From: Octopus bimaculoides
Taxonomy: Eukaryota
Length of the DNA stretch: 51,418 nt
Assembly: GCF_001194135.2 (NCBI RefSeq)
Contig: NC_068986.1
Span: 89,026,781-89,078,198, forward strand
Direction: 5' to 3'
Below, one piece after another: positions 48,941 through 51,418 of the stretch. How positions within the stretch are numbered: the first letter of the stretch is position 1; each line of letters opens with the position of its first letter. The notes under the pieces were generated by a model. It did not search any database. It saw only the letters and a list, made by a program, of their open reading frames with translations, and was not told the DNA's origin. The position numbers and the translations under genes were made by a program.

Positions 48941-50380
48941 GTTACAGATTTGAAAACGCGCAAGTGTCCATATGCATATATAGAATAAAACGCCCCGCTC
49001 CCAAACACGATTATATATTTACGCATACATTTACACATACACACACAAATATACACGCACATATATTTATAGACGCACTCATTCACACCCGCACAGGCAC
49101 ACACGTATAGGTCAGTGTTCGTATGCATATTTGTTTACATACACGTATACACAAGTACACACACATACATAAATACATACATGTTTGTGCGTGTGTGTGT
49201 GTGTGCGTTTTATGTACAACGAGAACGTTACTCGCACCAATATGCGCAACATCAAACATATCTACTCCAATACTTGTCAGAACACCGTCCTTCCTCAACA
49301 CCAACCACTGTTTCAGTAGAAACCCCAATATCGTACAAGCCAGAACCACTATACCCAAACTCTTCACAGCGTGTTTTCTACTTCCCATCTTTTACAATAC
49401 AACGTATATTTTATGTCTGTTCTTGTTTTAAAGACCAGTTATAAAGAAGAAAAAACATAAATAGTGGTCTTTAAAATGGTACCAAACTGTCTACGTGTGT
49501 CCGAGGTGAGAGCCAAAAACCGAAACCCTACAATTACCAAGAAAATGTTGTCCTTACTTAATATTCCTCAGCTAGCCTCTTGGAAGCGATTTCATCAGAT
49601 TTCACAGCGGAACAGACAAAAACATTTATCATTCGGTTCCACTAGACTGGTATCTACTGCACCATTCGTTAATTTCGTCTATCGATCTATGGAAATCAAT
49701 TTTGGACAGTAAGTACTGACCGGTGGTTACTAAAGGGAATGGTGGACAAGAAATCGTTATTTATCTCTAAACAAACAACGAAATATACGAATGAATGAAT
49801 ATATTAAAACAATGTGATTGTTTTAGATGTAAGCTGCCACTCAGTAAAATATATGATCTAGTCGTTATTCACTCTCGTAGAGCCATTTAACTTCATTTAA
49901 CAAGACGATAGTATTATATGTCAACGGTGACTGTCAGACAGAAGCCCTGATATAGTGAAAAAATAAATAAGAGATTAACTAAATAAATAAGTAGCGTATA
50001 ATAAAGACACAACAAGCCATTGATATAATAACCTTTATATGGTCGCTTCACATGCTAGAAATAACACCTAAATAAACGTAATCATAGGTATACTGTATCG
50101 GGAGGGGGGGATAATGGTTGACTTGGACATATCTAGGATGACCATAGATCAATAAAAAGTGTGATAGATATCAGATCTCACCTGATACTAATGATACTAA
50201 AGAACAACACAACAACAACAAAAGCAACAACACAACAACAACAAAAGCAACAAAAAAGACCAATGTGACCTACAAGCAAGACAGTAACTGTAATTGAACC
50301 GACTGCATACACAATTCAGTGATGTAACTCTAATTCTATCCTTTTGGTTCAAATTCCTAGTGAGCCACCTATTTAGATTG

Positions 50381-50412
<32 letters not shown>

Positions 50413-50758
50413 NNNNNNNNNNNNNNNNNNNNNNNNNNNNNNNNNNNNNNNNNNNNNNNNNNNNNNNNNNNNNNNNNNNNNNNNNNNNNNNNNNNNNNNN
50501 NNNNNNNNNNNNNNNNNNNNNNNNNNNNNNNNNNNNNNNNNNNNNNNNNNNNNNNNNNNNNNNNNNNNNNNNNNNNNNNNNNNNNNNNNNNNNNNNNNNN
50601 NNNNNNNNNNNNNNNNNNNNNNNNNNNNNNNNNNNNNNNNNNNNNNNNNNNNNNNNNNNNNNNNNNNNNNNNNNNNNNNNNNNNNNNNNNNNNNNNNNNN
50701 NNNNNNNNNNNNNNNNNNNNNNNNNNNNNNNNNNNNNNNNNNNNNNNNNNATATACAC

Positions 50759-50970
50759 ACAGGTTGGCCCAAAAGTAGGTTTACAGTTACCACGTTAAAT
50801 TTCTTTTAAAACATTTTATTACATTTAAATTTGTTCTACAAACTGAAAAGGGAGCTTGATAAAATTAACTAAATTTGGAAGTGGAAGTGTTTTGGAAACA
50901 CAAACTTTATGGAATCCCGTTGTAGGGGTTACATCAATTATACACTGGCAAACTTAAACCACCACCCTGT
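50759..50970. mobile_element. Probable Tc1/mariner-derived MITE remnant
   Basis: Left end acaggttggcccaaaagtaggtttacagtt; right end aaacttaaaccaccaccctgt is a partial inverted match (ACAGGGTGG...). Confidence 0.4.
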
Positions 50971-51249
50971 TTAAATAAACTGCTTAAACCCGCGGTGCAT
51001 TCACAGGTATTTAAGGCGGGCTTTCGATTTAAAGATAACACCCTCTCTTCCGCCCATCATTAACTGACGGCTCCAAAACCTAATAGGCACAACCAAGGCT
51101 CCGTCACTCATGCAAACTTGAAAATTGAGACATAGGGCTACAACATTACAACATTCGTGAGATGAAGAACCTTGCTGAGGGACGCAGCTTGCTACCCGGT
51201 CCACTAATTGAACTCACAACATTATTATCATGACAAGTATTATCATATA

Positions 51250-51251
51250 TG

Positions 51252-51302
<51 letters not shown>

Positions 51303-51346
51303 GTAGGTAGTTAGGTAGGTAGGTAGGTAGGTAGGTAGGTAGGTAG

Positions 51347-51391
<45 letters not shown>

Positions 51392-51392
51392 C
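51250..51392. repeat. (TAGA)n(TAGG)n microsatellite followed by a truncated SINE tail at the window edge
   Basis: Direct reading; acatttcttttattagccacacagggct follows. Confidence 0.9.
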
Positions 51393-51418
51393 ATTTCTTT
51401 TATTAGCCACACAGGGCT

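Noticed and set aside
49572-49708. Candidate exon ending in GTAAGT (ORF 49464..49712)
   Set aside because: Peptide unrecognisable; cannot be supported without RNA data.

Overview
Gap-rich (17 N-runs), AT-rich, microsatellite-saturated eukaryotic DNA. The SINE families and repeat landscape look like a coleoid cephalopod, probably Octopus (inference from recognised repeat families, not a database hit). No intact cellular protein-coding gene is recognisable, and nearly all long ORFs in the track are microsatellite or N-gap artefacts. The real content is a mosaic of mobile-element remnants. (1) Penelope-like element (PLE) pieces: a GIY-YIG endonuclease remnant with two same-strand hammerhead-ribozyme motifs at 3.1-4.1 kb, and an RT remnant at 42-43 kb. 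(2) Two different R4/Dong-type restriction-endonuclease LINE 3' fragments (18.1-19.0 kb and 26.2-26.9 kb); the first has an apparent 10-11 bp target-site duplication in a TATG microsatellite. (3) A Tx1/L1 3' fragment and weaker RTE/CR1/piggyBac relics. (4) At least four tRNA-SINE/short retroposon families. (5) Several long-TIR fold-back elements, one carrying a telomere-like TTAGGG array and an exact 8 bp TSD. Best leads: the core-intact hammerhead whose 5' half is locked in a 48 bp palindrome, the microsatellite-targeted RLE LINE, the telomere-repeat MITE, a YY1/Pho-motif cluster beside a (GGC)n tract, and a diverged 29 bp-period array.
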